DNA of 32,218 nucleotides from a virus (Duplodnaviria; Heunggongvirae; Uroviricota; Caudoviricetes): IMG/VR virus record IMGVR_UViG_2534682164_000018; one strand, 5' to 3'. Shown piece by piece: positions 1 to 17,836 of this stretch (position 1 is its first letter; each line of letters starts with the position of its first letter). The notes under the pieces were generated by a model. It saw only the letters and a program-made list of their open reading frames with translations, ran no database searches and was not told where the DNA came from. The position numbers and the translations under genes were made by a program.

Positions 1-303
1 ATGAAGAATGACTTTGATTTAGTACAATATTTTGATGATTACACAATAGTAGGGGATATGGATTATCACTATTTCTATTGTGTGAAGTATCAGGAAGGTT
101 CATTAGAAGCACATTATGAACGAATTGGTGATCCAGAAGTATTAGGTACTATTACATGGAATGGAAATTACCTAATCGACGGATTACCAATGGTAATGTT
201 TGTACTGGCTGCTGAAGATGAACATAAGGAATGTTTAAACCGTTTGCTAATCGTATGTGAGAAGGCGAGGGATGAATATAGGCTAAATGCTACTGGCCTC
301 TAA
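1..303 (+). CDS. hypothetical protein; may be 5'-truncated at the window edge
   Basis: ORF of 100 aa beginning at position 1; no recognisable motif; AT-rich accessory context. Confidence 0.35.
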   Translation: MKNDFDLVQYFDDYTIVGDMDYHYFYCVKYQEGSLEAHYERIGDPEVLGTITWNGNYLIDGLPMVMFVLAAEDEHKECLNRLLIVCEKARDEYRLNATGL

Positions 304-357
304 GTAGTAGCAGACGCGATCACATGGAGTGACGCGATAACAACAAGGACGTTTGAT

Positions 358-912
358 ATGAACCCTAAAATCACTTGGAGATTAATTCCAAATTCAAAAC
401 ATTACTACGTATCTGAAAATGGCGATGTTTACAATGATAAAACAAAACAGTATATAGCTACGAAAAACCCATCTAATGGATACAAAAAAGTTTCTATTAA
501 TGGCAAATCACTATATGTACATGTTTTGGTTTGTACTTTATTCAATGGTGCTAAACCCATTGGAGGAAGATACACTGTAGATCATATCGACCGCGATAAA
601 ATGAATAACAAAGCAAAAAATTTACGTTGGGTAACTCAGAAGGTTAATAATTCCAATAGAAAGCATAAAGGTACTCGTACTCAAAAGCTTACTCTAAAGC
701 AATGGTTAATGATTGTTGGAGAGTACCTTAAAGGACAATTATCTCAATATGCAATCACTAAATGGTTTTTAAATCAAACTGGTATTAATATTTGCCCTCA
801 GAATATAGGTAAGTTATTCAAAGGTACTACCTATTCAAAATGGTACACAACATATCTTACGAATAAGCAAAGACAAAGAATACAAAGCCTAACCATTCAA
901 CGTAAACCATAA
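358..912 (+). CDS. free-standing HNH homing endonuclease (NUMOD4-like N-terminus plus HNH_3-type core)
   Basis: Translation has ...GYKKVSINGKSLYVHVLVCTLFNGAKPIGGRYTVDHIDRDKMNNKAKNLRWVT..., the classic phage HNH_3 pattern (His, DHID, NNxxxNLR). Confidence 0.75.
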   Translation: MNPKITWRLIPNSKHYYVSENGDVYNDKTKQYIATKNPSNGYKKVSINGKSLYVHVLVCTLFNGAKPIGGRYTVDHIDRDKMNNKAKNLRWVTQKVNNSNRKHKGTRTQKLTLKQWLMIVGEYLKGQLSQYAITKWFLNQTGINICPQNIGKLFKGTTYSKWYTTYLTNKQRQRIQSLTIQRKP

Positions 913-1033
913 AAAATGCCAGTATTCCAGTACTGGCATCTATTCAAAACTCAATGGCAATGAAGCCAAACTTATTAAATGGCCTGTAATCACTACGGGT
1001 CACGATTAATTAATTTATACAGGATTATTTATC

Positions 1034-1495
1034 ATGGCAAAAACCTATTCAACTTTTGATAACAGAAACATAAAAGCACTAATTAGCCAGTACAAGCTAT
1101 ATAAAGATATCCCATGCGAAGACATCAAGAACATCATGAAGGACTCAGTAGCTAAACTTAAAGTGAGAGATAAGATTAGTGTATATGATGTGTTTGCAGT
1201 ATTGAGTAATGAAGATGAATTACGGAATGATTTACTATTCAATACTATCAATGCTATTAAAGTACAACAGAATAAGAAACAAGTAAAAGAACGTATGATC
1301 AGGTACTATGGGGCAGCGATCACGGATGCAGCAAAACGAATAGAGCAGTATATGTTGGCACACCCAAACGCACTGCCAGCACCAGTATATGGACAAAGAA
1401 CACTAACATATAAAGAGTTTGGTAAACTATTGGAACTACAAAAACAAGGTGACTTTATTGATGACATGATCGAGTACTTAAAGGGCTTGCGTTAA
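1034..1495 (+). CDS. hypothetical protein
   Basis: 153-aa ORF in a co-directional gene series; no recognised motif. Confidence 0.45.
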   Translation: MAKTYSTFDNRNIKALISQYKLYKDIPCEDIKNIMKDSVAKLKVRDKISVYDVFAVLSNEDELRNDLLFNTINAIKVQQNKKQVKERMIRYYGAAITDAAKRIEQYMLAHPNALPAPVYGQRTLTYKEFGKLLELQKQGDFIDDMIEYLKGLR

Positions 1496-1504
1496 TTGTA
1501 ACTT

Positions 1505-1546
1505 ATTACGGCATATTACGGCATGGATGTATGCCGTAATACGGCA
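1505..1546. other. repeat/hairpin element: ATTACGGCAT twice in direct repeat, then its inverted copy ATGCCGTAAT, followed by an A-run
   Basis: Read directly: attacggcat attacggcat ggatgt atgccgtaat acggcaaaaaaa. A perfect 10-bp stem with 6-nt loop; no U-tract on the + strand, so not a canonical intrinsic terminator. Confidence 0.5.
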
Positions 1547-1958
1547 AAAAAAGCCCCTGAAACCCGCTATTTACCATCAATACGGCAACTAAGTATAGAG
1601 ATACGAAATCCATTCCATTTCATTCCATGTATTTCTTTCTCTATCAGTATTCCAAGAAACTGTGACTTGCGTCACGAATACTACTCGTCGTGAACTCCTC
1701 GTAGTATTGGTTAGTAACGTTGCGTTTTTCTCGCCAGTACTCGAAAACCCGCAAGGCGTTACTACTCGCTTTGCTCGATAGATGTTAGTACAGCAAATGA
1801 AGTACCTAAAGTGAATTGGTAAGTACGACATGCCCCGCCAGTTCCACAACTCTCGCTCTGGTCATTTCCACTACTATGATGCTATTGGATAGCTACATAA
1901 AGTACTGGATCAAGTAGGCATTTTTTGTGTACAAAGAGGGAATTAAGAGAGGGATACC

Positions 1959-2702
1959 ATGAACAGAAAACAATTCATCCAGTCGCATGGTGCTACTTGT
2001 AGTAACTGGACTTGGAGTTGGTCATTTGTGAACCACGACAAGAAAATGGTTATCTTTGGTGCATGGGATGTACAAAAAGAGCAAGAAAGATCAGTCATTC
2101 TGAGGGAGCGGTGGAAAACCAAAGTTGTGGAGGGAAAGGAAAGAAAAAATCTTGGATATATTCAAGCTATTGAACACATTCAATTGATAGCTGAAGGTTA
2201 TGAGCTTTACACGTTTGATATGGAGCAGGGACGAAACGATGAGAATAGAGATGTAGCTGTTATCAAACGGTTCACTCCAAAACTTGAAAAACGTTACCTT
2301 CGGAAAGAAGGAACAGTTTGGTATGCAGACTTTTTACCTAATCCATTTCCAGATGAAATTACCTCACCTGAAAACTACGCTGAGGGTGCAAAAAAGCAAG
2401 TTACAGTAAACTCCTACGAGCGTGATCCAAAAGCACGACAGGCTTGTATTGACCATCATGGTACTTCCTGCGGGTGTTGTGAGTTTAACTTTGAGAAAGT
2501 CTATGGTGAACACGCCAAGGGCTTTATACACGTTCATCATATCAAACCGCTACACACAGTAGGCGAGGATTACGAGGTAAATCCAATTACTGATATGGTT
2601 CCACTTTGTCCAAACTGTCACGCAATGGTACATCGCGGTAACGAAGTATTAAGTGTCGAAAGTTTAAAAGCACTGTTGTTTAAAGACAGCAATAAAATTT
2701 GA
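1959..2702 (+). CDS. McrA-like HNH nuclease (unassigned N-terminal domain plus C-terminal HNH); candidate modification-dependent restriction enzyme
   Basis: C-terminus CGCCEFNF...HVHHIKPLH...NPITDMVPLCPNCHAMVH is a CxxC...HH...N...CxxCH zinc-finger HNH motif in the same arrangement as E. coli McrA (recalled). N-terminal 150 aa unassigned. Confidence 0.65.
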   Translation: MNRKQFIQSHGATCSNWTWSWSFVNHDKKMVIFGAWDVQKEQERSVILRERWKTKVVEGKERKNLGYIQAIEHIQLIAEGYELYTFDMEQGRNDENRDVAVIKRFTPKLEKRYLRKEGTVWYADFLPNPFPDEITSPENYAEGAKKQVTVNSYERDPKARQACIDHHGTSCGCCEFNFEKVYGEHAKGFIHVHHIKPLHTVGEDYEVNPITDMVPLCPNCHAMVHRGNEVLSVESLKALLFKDSNKI

Positions 2703-2784
2703 ATTTATTTTAGACTTGATACGACATACTTGAAAAGTTATGAATACAATATGCTTTAAATTAGACATGTAAGTTGAGAGAAAA

Positions 2785-3258
2785 ATGAGCATAACAACAA
2801 TAGCAGCTACATATAAAGATGTGTTAACTATTGCTTTTTCGGCGTTGTCATTTATTATTGCATGTACTTCCTTATACTTCTCCGGTAGGGCAGCATGGCA
2901 TGATAGATCAAGGCTAAAAATAACAGCTGACCTCGTCTACGAGTCTTTTGATGAGGAACCTTATAAAATCGAGGTGATAGTGATCAATGTTGGTAGGCGT
3001 GATGCAGTTTTGGAAGGGATGCTTTGCCATTATGAAAAAGGCATTAGGAGCCATTCATCTCCAAAAGAGAGCATTGTTATTAAAGAAAAGCAAAGAAAAA
3101 AATTTGAATTGGTAAGCTCAGACTTAGTCACGATAGATAATGAATGTGATATTTGTCATTTAGAAGATATAACTATTTTAGATGTGGAGGGGAATGAACA
3201 TAAAATCCCTAACTCTCACAGACTCATTGCATTACTTAAGCAAGATAAAAAGACTTAA
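2785..3258 (+). CDS. membrane-anchored hypothetical protein (one N-terminal TM helix)
   Basis: Hydrophobic stretch FSALSFIIACTSLYFSG then a soluble domain; AT-rich. Confidence 0.4.
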   Translation: MSITTIAATYKDVLTIAFSALSFIIACTSLYFSGRAAWHDRSRLKITADLVYESFDEEPYKIEVIVINVGRRDAVLEGMLCHYEKGIRSHSSPKESIVIKEKQRKKFELVSSDLVTIDNECDICHLEDITILDVEGNEHKIPNSHRLIALLKQDKKT

Positions 3259-3514
3259 GAATAATATTTTTTGGAATGTAAGGTAAATGTTAGATGCCAC
3301 TATAGATTGAGGGTTAGAACTACTAACCCACTATAGGGTTTACGAGATGATAAGAATGGAATTTAACACCTACGATGGTGATATATATTACTTCCTCTAT
3401 TTATATAGGAGGTACGAAAGGGGGAGTACTTTAATGAAGACCTTATAAATCTTAATGTTGAGATGTTAGTTATAGCGGTGAGGATACCCCACCGTCTATT
3501 GGGAGTTGTGGACT

Positions 3515-4183
3515 CTAATTAGAGAAAACGAATAAGTTATTCATGTCCTTTTTCAAGGTTGCATGTGCTTCTATTAAACTATCAAATGTATCTACTAATA
3601 ACTTTCCATAGCTGACATTGTAATGATATCTATCATGAATGTCATTTATATCAAAACTTATCGCTTCCCTCAATGTTCCTAAAGCAATTTGATTACTGAA
3701 GAAATAATTATTGAATATAGCTTCATCTTTTGGCGATACTTTCCAAAAGGTAAGTGATTGCAATTCGCTTTTTAATGAGGCTAACTTAATGTTTAATAGA
3801 TCGATAACTTCTCGTTCAGTTTTAACTAAATGTGCGAAATTTTTTGGTTCTATATCTGGTTCAGTATTGTTAAGGTTGCATATATTTTCATATGTTTTCA
3901 ACATCTCCAACGAAAAAAGATCGCAATTAGTCCAGAACTTAGTAACTTGATTTAAAGCATTTTCCTTTATTTTAGTTTGAAACCAATTTTTAGCGTTCCA
4001 TGCTGCATATAGGGCTGCTCCAGCCATAATGAGATTGGCAATAGAACTAACCCAGTCACTAACCGATCCCCACTCGAAACCTTCAGAACCAACAAAGAGT
4101 GATTTTATTAGTACTAAAATTACAACAACCAGTAATACTGCTACGGTCGATAAAAGAACGATATTTAATTTTCTACAATCCAT
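3515..4183 (-). CDS. membrane protein (two N-terminal TM helices plus cytoplasmic domain), unknown function
   Basis: 222-aa reverse-strand ORF; LNIVLLSTVAVLLVVVILVLI and WVSSIANLIMAGAALYAAW hydrophobic segments; convergent with 2785-3258. Confidence 0.45.
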   Translation of the reverse strand: MDCRKLNIVLLSTVAVLLVVVILVLIKSLFVGSEGFEWGSVSDWVSSIANLIMAGAALYAAWNAKNWFQTKIKENALNQVTKFWTNCDLFSLEMLKTYENICNLNNTEPDIEPKNFAHLVKTEREVIDLLNIKLASLKSELQSLTFWKVSPKDEAIFNNYFFSNQIALGTLREAISFDINDIHDRYHYNVSYGKLLVDTFDSLIEAHATLKKDMNNLFVFSN

Positions 4184-4315
4184 CGAAAGTAGTTCCTGAA
4201 CGCATTAAAGGGGCAAATACTTTACCATCCGAAACACAATCAAGTACACTACCCGTTCACGTACTGCTCACATGTTGGGTTTGTTATTTTGTTGGGGTGA
4301 GCAGTACGTGTATCC

Positions 4316-4627
4316 TCAGAAGGGTAGTTCCCCCTGATCACAGAACCAATCACCTTCTTCACTGCTTTGATTCATCCGGTACTCAGCAGATAGATATGCT
4401 AACCCATCAATAACACTTATTAGTGGTGTTTCACAGGTAAGTACAAAACAATCTCTCTCTATAGTACCTAACCAGTATTCCCTGTACTGATTCTGGAAGA
4501 ATACCCTATCCCCATAATGAAATTCTGTTAGTGCAGATCCCCAATAACACACGGTTGCCCAGCGACCGTTATGTGAGAACTTCTGAACCCCTCGCGTAAT
4601 GGATGGATCATAGCCGTCTTTGCTCAT
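4316..4627 (-). CDS. hypothetical protein, divergent from the EAL-like gene
   Basis: 103-aa ORF, higher GC than flanking accessory DNA; shares a palindrome-containing intergenic region with the gene at 4820. Confidence 0.45.
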   Translation of the reverse strand: MSKDGYDPSITRGVQKFSHNGRWATVCYWGSALTEFHYGDRVFFQNQYREYWLGTIERDCFVLTCETPLISVIDGLAYLSAEYRMNQSSEEGDWFCDQGELPF

Positions 4628-4737
4628 TTGTTACCCTCCTCTATGTATTACTGTATATATGTACAGTATTGCAGTCAGTTTCCCAAAAATCCAGCACCCC
4701 TTTGTTTACCACTTTGAATGATTAATTCTATTGTAAT

Positions 4738-4796
4738 GATCAATAAAATTGATCGATTTAATTGCCAATGTTTTAAAAATGATCAATTATCAATAA
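4738..4796. promoter_or_regulatory. two operator-like palindromes with GATC cores in a divergent promoter region
   Basis: tgatcaataaaattgatca (4738-4756, perfect 8-bp arms) and tgatcaattatcaata (about 4780-4795) between divergent ORFs. Confidence 0.3.
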
Positions 4797-4819
4797 CTTA
4801 AAGCGTAACGAGCAAAGTT

Positions 4820-5065
4820 ATGAACATTGATAATTGGGCAATACCGATAACAAGTTTGGGTGGTCAGTTGCTGGGGGTTGAGTTGGTCAGCCATGTAGAA
4901 CGCGAGGGAATCAGGCAGATCGGCCTATGGGAAGAAGAAGTACTTCATGGGCAACTAATGCTTATTGAAAGCAAGGCGGCATGGTTCAGGGATAACGGTT
5001 TGTATTGTGTGATTACTACTGGCCGTGGTGAACCATACGAGTACTTACCATTCCTTCGGCAGATG
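4820..5065 (+). pseudogene. N-terminal fragment of a degenerate EAL-like (YdiV-like) gene interrupted by an IS21-type element
   Basis: PITSLGGQLLGVELVSHV fits the EAL-domain QPIV...EALLRW region; the reading frame runs into the IS left end at 5066, where IS sequence supplies CQRHDV-stop. Confidence 0.5.
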
Positions 5066-5124
5066 TGTCAACGCCACGATGTTTGACCGTTATTTGCCAT
5101 TTTCATGCCCGCTAAATACTTTCG

Positions 5125-7094
<1,970 letters not shown>

Positions 7095-7195
7095 GTTGAT
7101 GTCCTTTCTGGTGTGAGAACCTTAAGGAAACAACATGTTGGGTGGAGCGGACAATCCAAATGGCGAATTACCGTCTTATATCACTGGCGCTGACA

Positions 7196-7505
7196 GATGA
7201 CAAGGGATATGAAAGTACATAACCAGCAGTGGCTTGATGATCTCGGTGTACATGGTGGTTCTGCTATTCCTCTGGTTACAGGTGATTTCGAGGTTGCCCG
7301 ATTAAATAGAAGGTACACAGAAGAGAACATTGACCGTCTGATCTTTCCAGTACTCATAAAAAGCATTCGCCAGTACTGCGAGAAGGTGATCGTACCCGTC
7401 AGAGATAAAACGTATTACCCAATTCTCAGAGAGGCCGGTGTATGGGCGGTACAGGGAGAGTTCAGGCCAATGCGTTTTGAGCAATGTGAAAAATTAATAG
7501 GATAA
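7196..7505 (+). pseudogene. C-terminal fragment of the same degenerate EAL-like gene
   Basis: WLDDLGVHGGSAI, NIDRLIFPVL and REAGVWAVQGEF fit the EAL motifs DDFGTGYSSL, KIDRSF and AEGVE...QGY; removing the IS and one GATG copy joins it in frame to 4820-5065, giving a 185-aa protein. Confidence 0.5.
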
Positions 7506-7510
7506 CAATA

Positions 7511-7873
7511 ATGAAAAAATTACTAATTGGGTTACTGATTGCCCTTAGTACTGGATGTACTACTACGCACAGCTTCATGGATAAAGCTTACGTTGGCTAT
7601 GTAGATGACAAGGCCGTAGTACTGTTTGATGCAGGAACACGTAATGGGGTGAAGTACTACCGTCCTCAGTTCCAGAGTGATTGCGGTCGCATCTATAACA
7701 AGATCTATCATGATGACAATACAAGTACTGGATGCCTCATACGAGATTCCCGCATTGCTGAACTACATCCCTATAGAGAGCATGTAAGTAAGGTAGTACC
7801 ACATCAGACCGATAGTGTTCACGATTGGTTAGAAGGGGTCAATTCACCATCCCATATCCTCGACAATCTATAG
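7511..7873 (+). CDS. small lipoprotein
   Basis: Signal peptide with lipobox LSTGC (MKKLLIGLLIALSTGC). Confidence 0.6.
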   Translation: MKKLLIGLLIALSTGCTTTHSFMDKAYVGYVDDKAVVLFDAGTRNGVKYYRPQFQSDCGRIYNKIYHDDNTSTGCLIRDSRIAELHPYREHVSKVVPHQTDSVHDWLEGVNSPSHILDNL

Positions 7874-7880
7874 GGTACGT

Positions 7881-8150
7881 ATGGGAAAGGTAATGGTGAT
7901 TTTGTTAGTACTGGCTGGGGTACTCTTCAACATTGCAGGTGAGGATGCACCCCAGCCACAGTACACGGACAATGAGAACCAGAACGCTATGGATTTCGCA
8001 CAGTCACTAATCAAGGGTAAGTACCCATGCGATATGGTGACTATGGATAGTACTGAGAATGGTACAGGACGTATTGATGTACGGTGTGATGGTAAGTACC
8101 AGTATGAGATCATCCGGCATGATGGACAATGGCAGGTAGTATCGAAGTAA
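7881..8150 (+). CDS. small secreted protein
   Basis: 89 aa with N-terminal hydrophobic signal-like segment VMVILLVLAGVLFNIAG. Confidence 0.45.
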   Translation: MGKVMVILLVLAGVLFNIAGEDAPQPQYTDNENQNAMDFAQSLIKGKYPCDMVTMDSTENGTGRIDVRCDGKYQYEIIRHDGQWQVVSK

Positions 8151-8255
8151 TCCGAAAAGTTTAGTGCTTAGGCTGTATGGTGAGAATCTACAGGGCTTTT
8201 TCTTTATGCGGTGATAAGATCGGAGTGAACTTTTTATGAAGGAATAGTTAGTAGA

Positions 8256-8696
8256 ATGAAAATTACAGTCGATAATATCTCTGAAATGTTTGCAGGAACT
8301 AAAGAACTACTAATCGGTGGCTTAATAACAGGTATCGTCGGAGTACTTATTTTAACTCGTGTTAGTGGTTATGAATACGTTAAAGTACCTTTAATGTTAG
8401 TAATGATATTCTTACTAACTGTAGTTCCTGGTTTTATTGCTATGCCTTTTTCACCACTAACGAAAGTATTTGCAAAGATATTTGATATTAAAAGCAGTAA
8501 TATACTTTGCCGCATTTTCTCATTTCTATATTTCATCTTGTATATGGCTATTACTTTCTTGGTGACTAATTTTATATTCACTACCGCAATGTCATTACAC
8601 GGCGGGGATGGTGGGTTGAGAGCATGTTTTGCAATTGGCTGTTTTGTCGTTGCAGTTGAGCAGACAAGAAAATTCTATAGTTTGCTTATCAAGTAA
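8256..8696 (+). CDS. small integral membrane protein (about 4 TM helices)
   Basis: 146 aa with four hydrophobic stretches; no adjacent endolysin, so a holin assignment is unsupported. Confidence 0.5.
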   Translation: MKITVDNISEMFAGTKELLIGGLITGIVGVLILTRVSGYEYVKVPLMLVMIFLLTVVPGFIAMPFSPLTKVFAKIFDIKSSNILCRIFSFLYFILYMAITFLVTNFIFTTAMSLHGGDGGLRACFAIGCFVVAVEQTRKFYSLLIK

Positions 8697-8718
8697 AGGG
8701 CAAGTACTAAAGAAATGT

Positions 8719-8753
8719 GTATTTGATGAAGGGTAAGTACTTTCATCAAATAC
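8719..8753. other. perfect 12-bp-stem hairpin (gtatttgatgaa / ttcatcaaatac, 11-nt loop containing AGTACT)
   Basis: Read directly downstream of the 8256-8696 gene; no clear U-tract, so terminator versus protein-binding site is unresolved. Confidence 0.4.
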
Positions 8754-8915
8754 GCAACAAATTACAAGGTGAGCATTTCATCACAATTGTTTTAATTAAC
8801 GATATTTTAAATTATTTTACGTAATTGAAACAAAATCAGCCATATCGCTTGTTAATTGGTATTGAGACTTTGTAGGTGTTATCATGCAATTAAATCATTT
8901 GCATTGGTATCTCTT

Positions 8916-9218
8916 ATGGAAAAATTGATATTGCTATTATTATTACCTTTAACAACAAGTGCAGCTATTCCAGACTTTAAATGCTGGGATATTCATAACG
9001 ATTCATTTAGTACTGACATGAGTTTCTACGTTACAAGATATCTCGGTAAAATGCCGCCGCCTTATGGTGCATTTCATTATGAAACAGCACCTGATGAGAA
9101 ATTTTACAGGGAACTGGTAATAACCAATGAAGCATTTGATGATGGATATAATTACGGTTCGAGATATCTAAACAAAGAAGGAACTTTGTACGATGATATT
9201 AAATGTAAGCGGCTTTGA
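8916..9218 (+). CDS. small secreted protein
   Basis: Signal peptide MEKLILLLLLPLTTSAA at an internal Met of the 8856 ORF; start chosen at that Met. Confidence 0.4.
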   Translation: MEKLILLLLLPLTTSAAIPDFKCWDIHNDSFSTDMSFYVTRYLGKMPPPYGAFHYETAPDEKFYRELVITNEAFDDGYNYGSRYLNKEGTLYDDIKCKRL

Positions 9219-9363
9219 TACTCATGATTCATTGTATATAGCTTACAAAGTATATTAACCATTGCATTCAATGGGTCCCTCCATACTGGCGGTACTATCG
9301 AGGGTTTTCGGCAGCGGGTTTAATCAATTGTGTGTGAACAAAATGATCATACCCGCACCGCAT

Positions 9364-9834
9364 TTAAAAAAGTACCACACCAATTTCATTAAATTCACAT
9401 TGGCAATTATATCTTACTGGACACTCGCATAATTTAAACACGGCGTAAGAGCCTTTAAGTTCTTCAGTTACGTACTTTTCCATAAACTCGATATCATCTG
9501 GTTCACAAAAAAGATGAAATCCGACACCAAGATAATTACGCATTTTGTAGTTACACTGTCTTATAGCACTAATTTTATTTTTGTCAGCATTTAAGCCCCT
9601 AACTAATGGTACTACACCTTTAGTACATTTAAACTCAATAAAAATATAATCATCAGAGGGTGTGGATTTTTCACGCAGTATCAAATCTACTTTAGCAAGT
9701 TTACTATCAGGATAATCTATTGGATCGAGGTATATCGTAACTTCACGATGTAGCTCGTACTTCCTTTTTGAAGTTAGATAATGAGCAAATTCTATTTGCA
9801 GCCACTTTTCCCAATCATTAGTTTCTTTTTTCAC
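9364..9834 (-). CDS. putative PD-(D/E)xK-fold nuclease with C-terminal Cys cluster
   Basis: KVDLIL followed 19 residues later by IFIEFK gives the D...ExK spacing of restriction-endonuclease-fold nucleases; CECPVRYNCQC cluster at C-terminus; reverse strand, immediately upstream of terS. Confidence 0.4.
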   Translation of the reverse strand: MKKETNDWEKWLQIEFAHYLTSKRKYELHREVTIYLDPIDYPDSKLAKVDLILREKSTPSDDYIFIEFKCTKGVVPLVRGLNADKNKISAIRQCNYKMRNYLGVGFHLFCEPDDIEFMEKYVTEELKGSYAVFKLCECPVRYNCQCEFNEIGVVLF

Positions 9835-9915
9835 GAAAGAATATAGTCTTTTTTTATCTCATCTTTCTTCAAAAATCCGTTCAGCAATTTTACTAACAGA
9901 GAAAAATCATTGTTA

Positions 9916-11741
<1,826 letters not shown>

Positions 11742-12156
11742 TTTTTTGCCCGTCCATATTCAACGGCTTCTTTGAGGAGTTCATTTTCCATCGTTTTCTT
11801 GCCGAGCAGGCGCTGGAGTTCTTTAATCTGCTTCATGGCGGCAGCAAGTTCAGAGGCAGGAACAACCTGTTCTCCGGCGGCGACAGCAGTAAGACTTCCT
11901 TCCTGGTATTGCTTACGCCAGAGAAATAACTGGCTGGCTGCTACACCATGTTGCCGGGCAACGAGGGAGACCGTCATCCCCGGTTCAAAGCTCTGCTGAA
12001 CAATTGCGATCTTTTCCTGTGTGGTACGCCGTCTGCGTTTCTCCGGCCCTAAGACATCAATCATCTGTACTCCAATGACTAGTCTAAAAACTAGTATTAA
12101 GACTATCACTTATTTAAGTGATACTGGTTGTCTGGAGATTCAGGGGGCCAGTCTAG

Positions 12157-17498
<5,342 letters not shown>

Positions 17499-17511
17499 TA
17501 AGGATTAGATA

Positions 17512-17835
17512 ATGAGAGTATTTAAAGATACGCAGTGTGATGCGTTTCTAAATGCTTTCGGTCAGTCTATCCAAACTTGTACGGGAAGTACTTTTACAGG
17601 AATAGTAGAAGTACTTCCCGTTTCTATTGAGGCGGCAGGTGGATTTATCGAAAGCGTGGAAACATACCTAACAATCAGAAAGGACGATCTAATAACCGCA
17701 AACGTGGCAATTGGTACAGTACTAATCATTGATGGTGTAAACCAGACAATCTATAACATTGAAGATGATCTATCAGGTATGGTTAATTGCTATTTCCGTA
17801 CTTCTGCTGGTGCTTCATTTGCAGAGGACTACTAA
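17512..17835 (+). CDS. putative head-tail connector/head completion protein
   Basis: 107-aa ORF directly after the capsid gene; positional assignment. Confidence 0.35.
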   Translation: MRVFKDTQCDAFLNAFGQSIQTCTGSTFTGIVEVLPVSIEAAGGFIESVETYLTIRKDDLITANVAIGTVLIIDGVNQTIYNIEDDLSGMVNCYFRTSAGASFAEDY

Positions 17836-17836
17836 T

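Noticed and set aside
1505-1546. Calling the ATTACGGCAT hairpin an intrinsic terminator
   Set aside because: The stem is followed by an A-run rather than a U-run on the + strand, and on the - strand the T-run precedes the stem; kept as a repeat/hairpin of uncertain role.
1589-1849. 86-aa reverse-strand ORF in the non-coding spacer
   Set aside because: No ribosome-binding context, low-complexity translation, and the region is full of repeats and hairpins; treated as non-coding.
4099-4413. 104-aa + strand ORF spanning the ends of two reverse-strand genes
   Set aside because: Overlaps two better-supported genes and the intergenic region; no motif.
8256-8696. Holin assignment for the 4-TM membrane protein
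   Set aside because: No adjacent endolysin or spanin and size/topology are not diagnostic; left as membrane protein.
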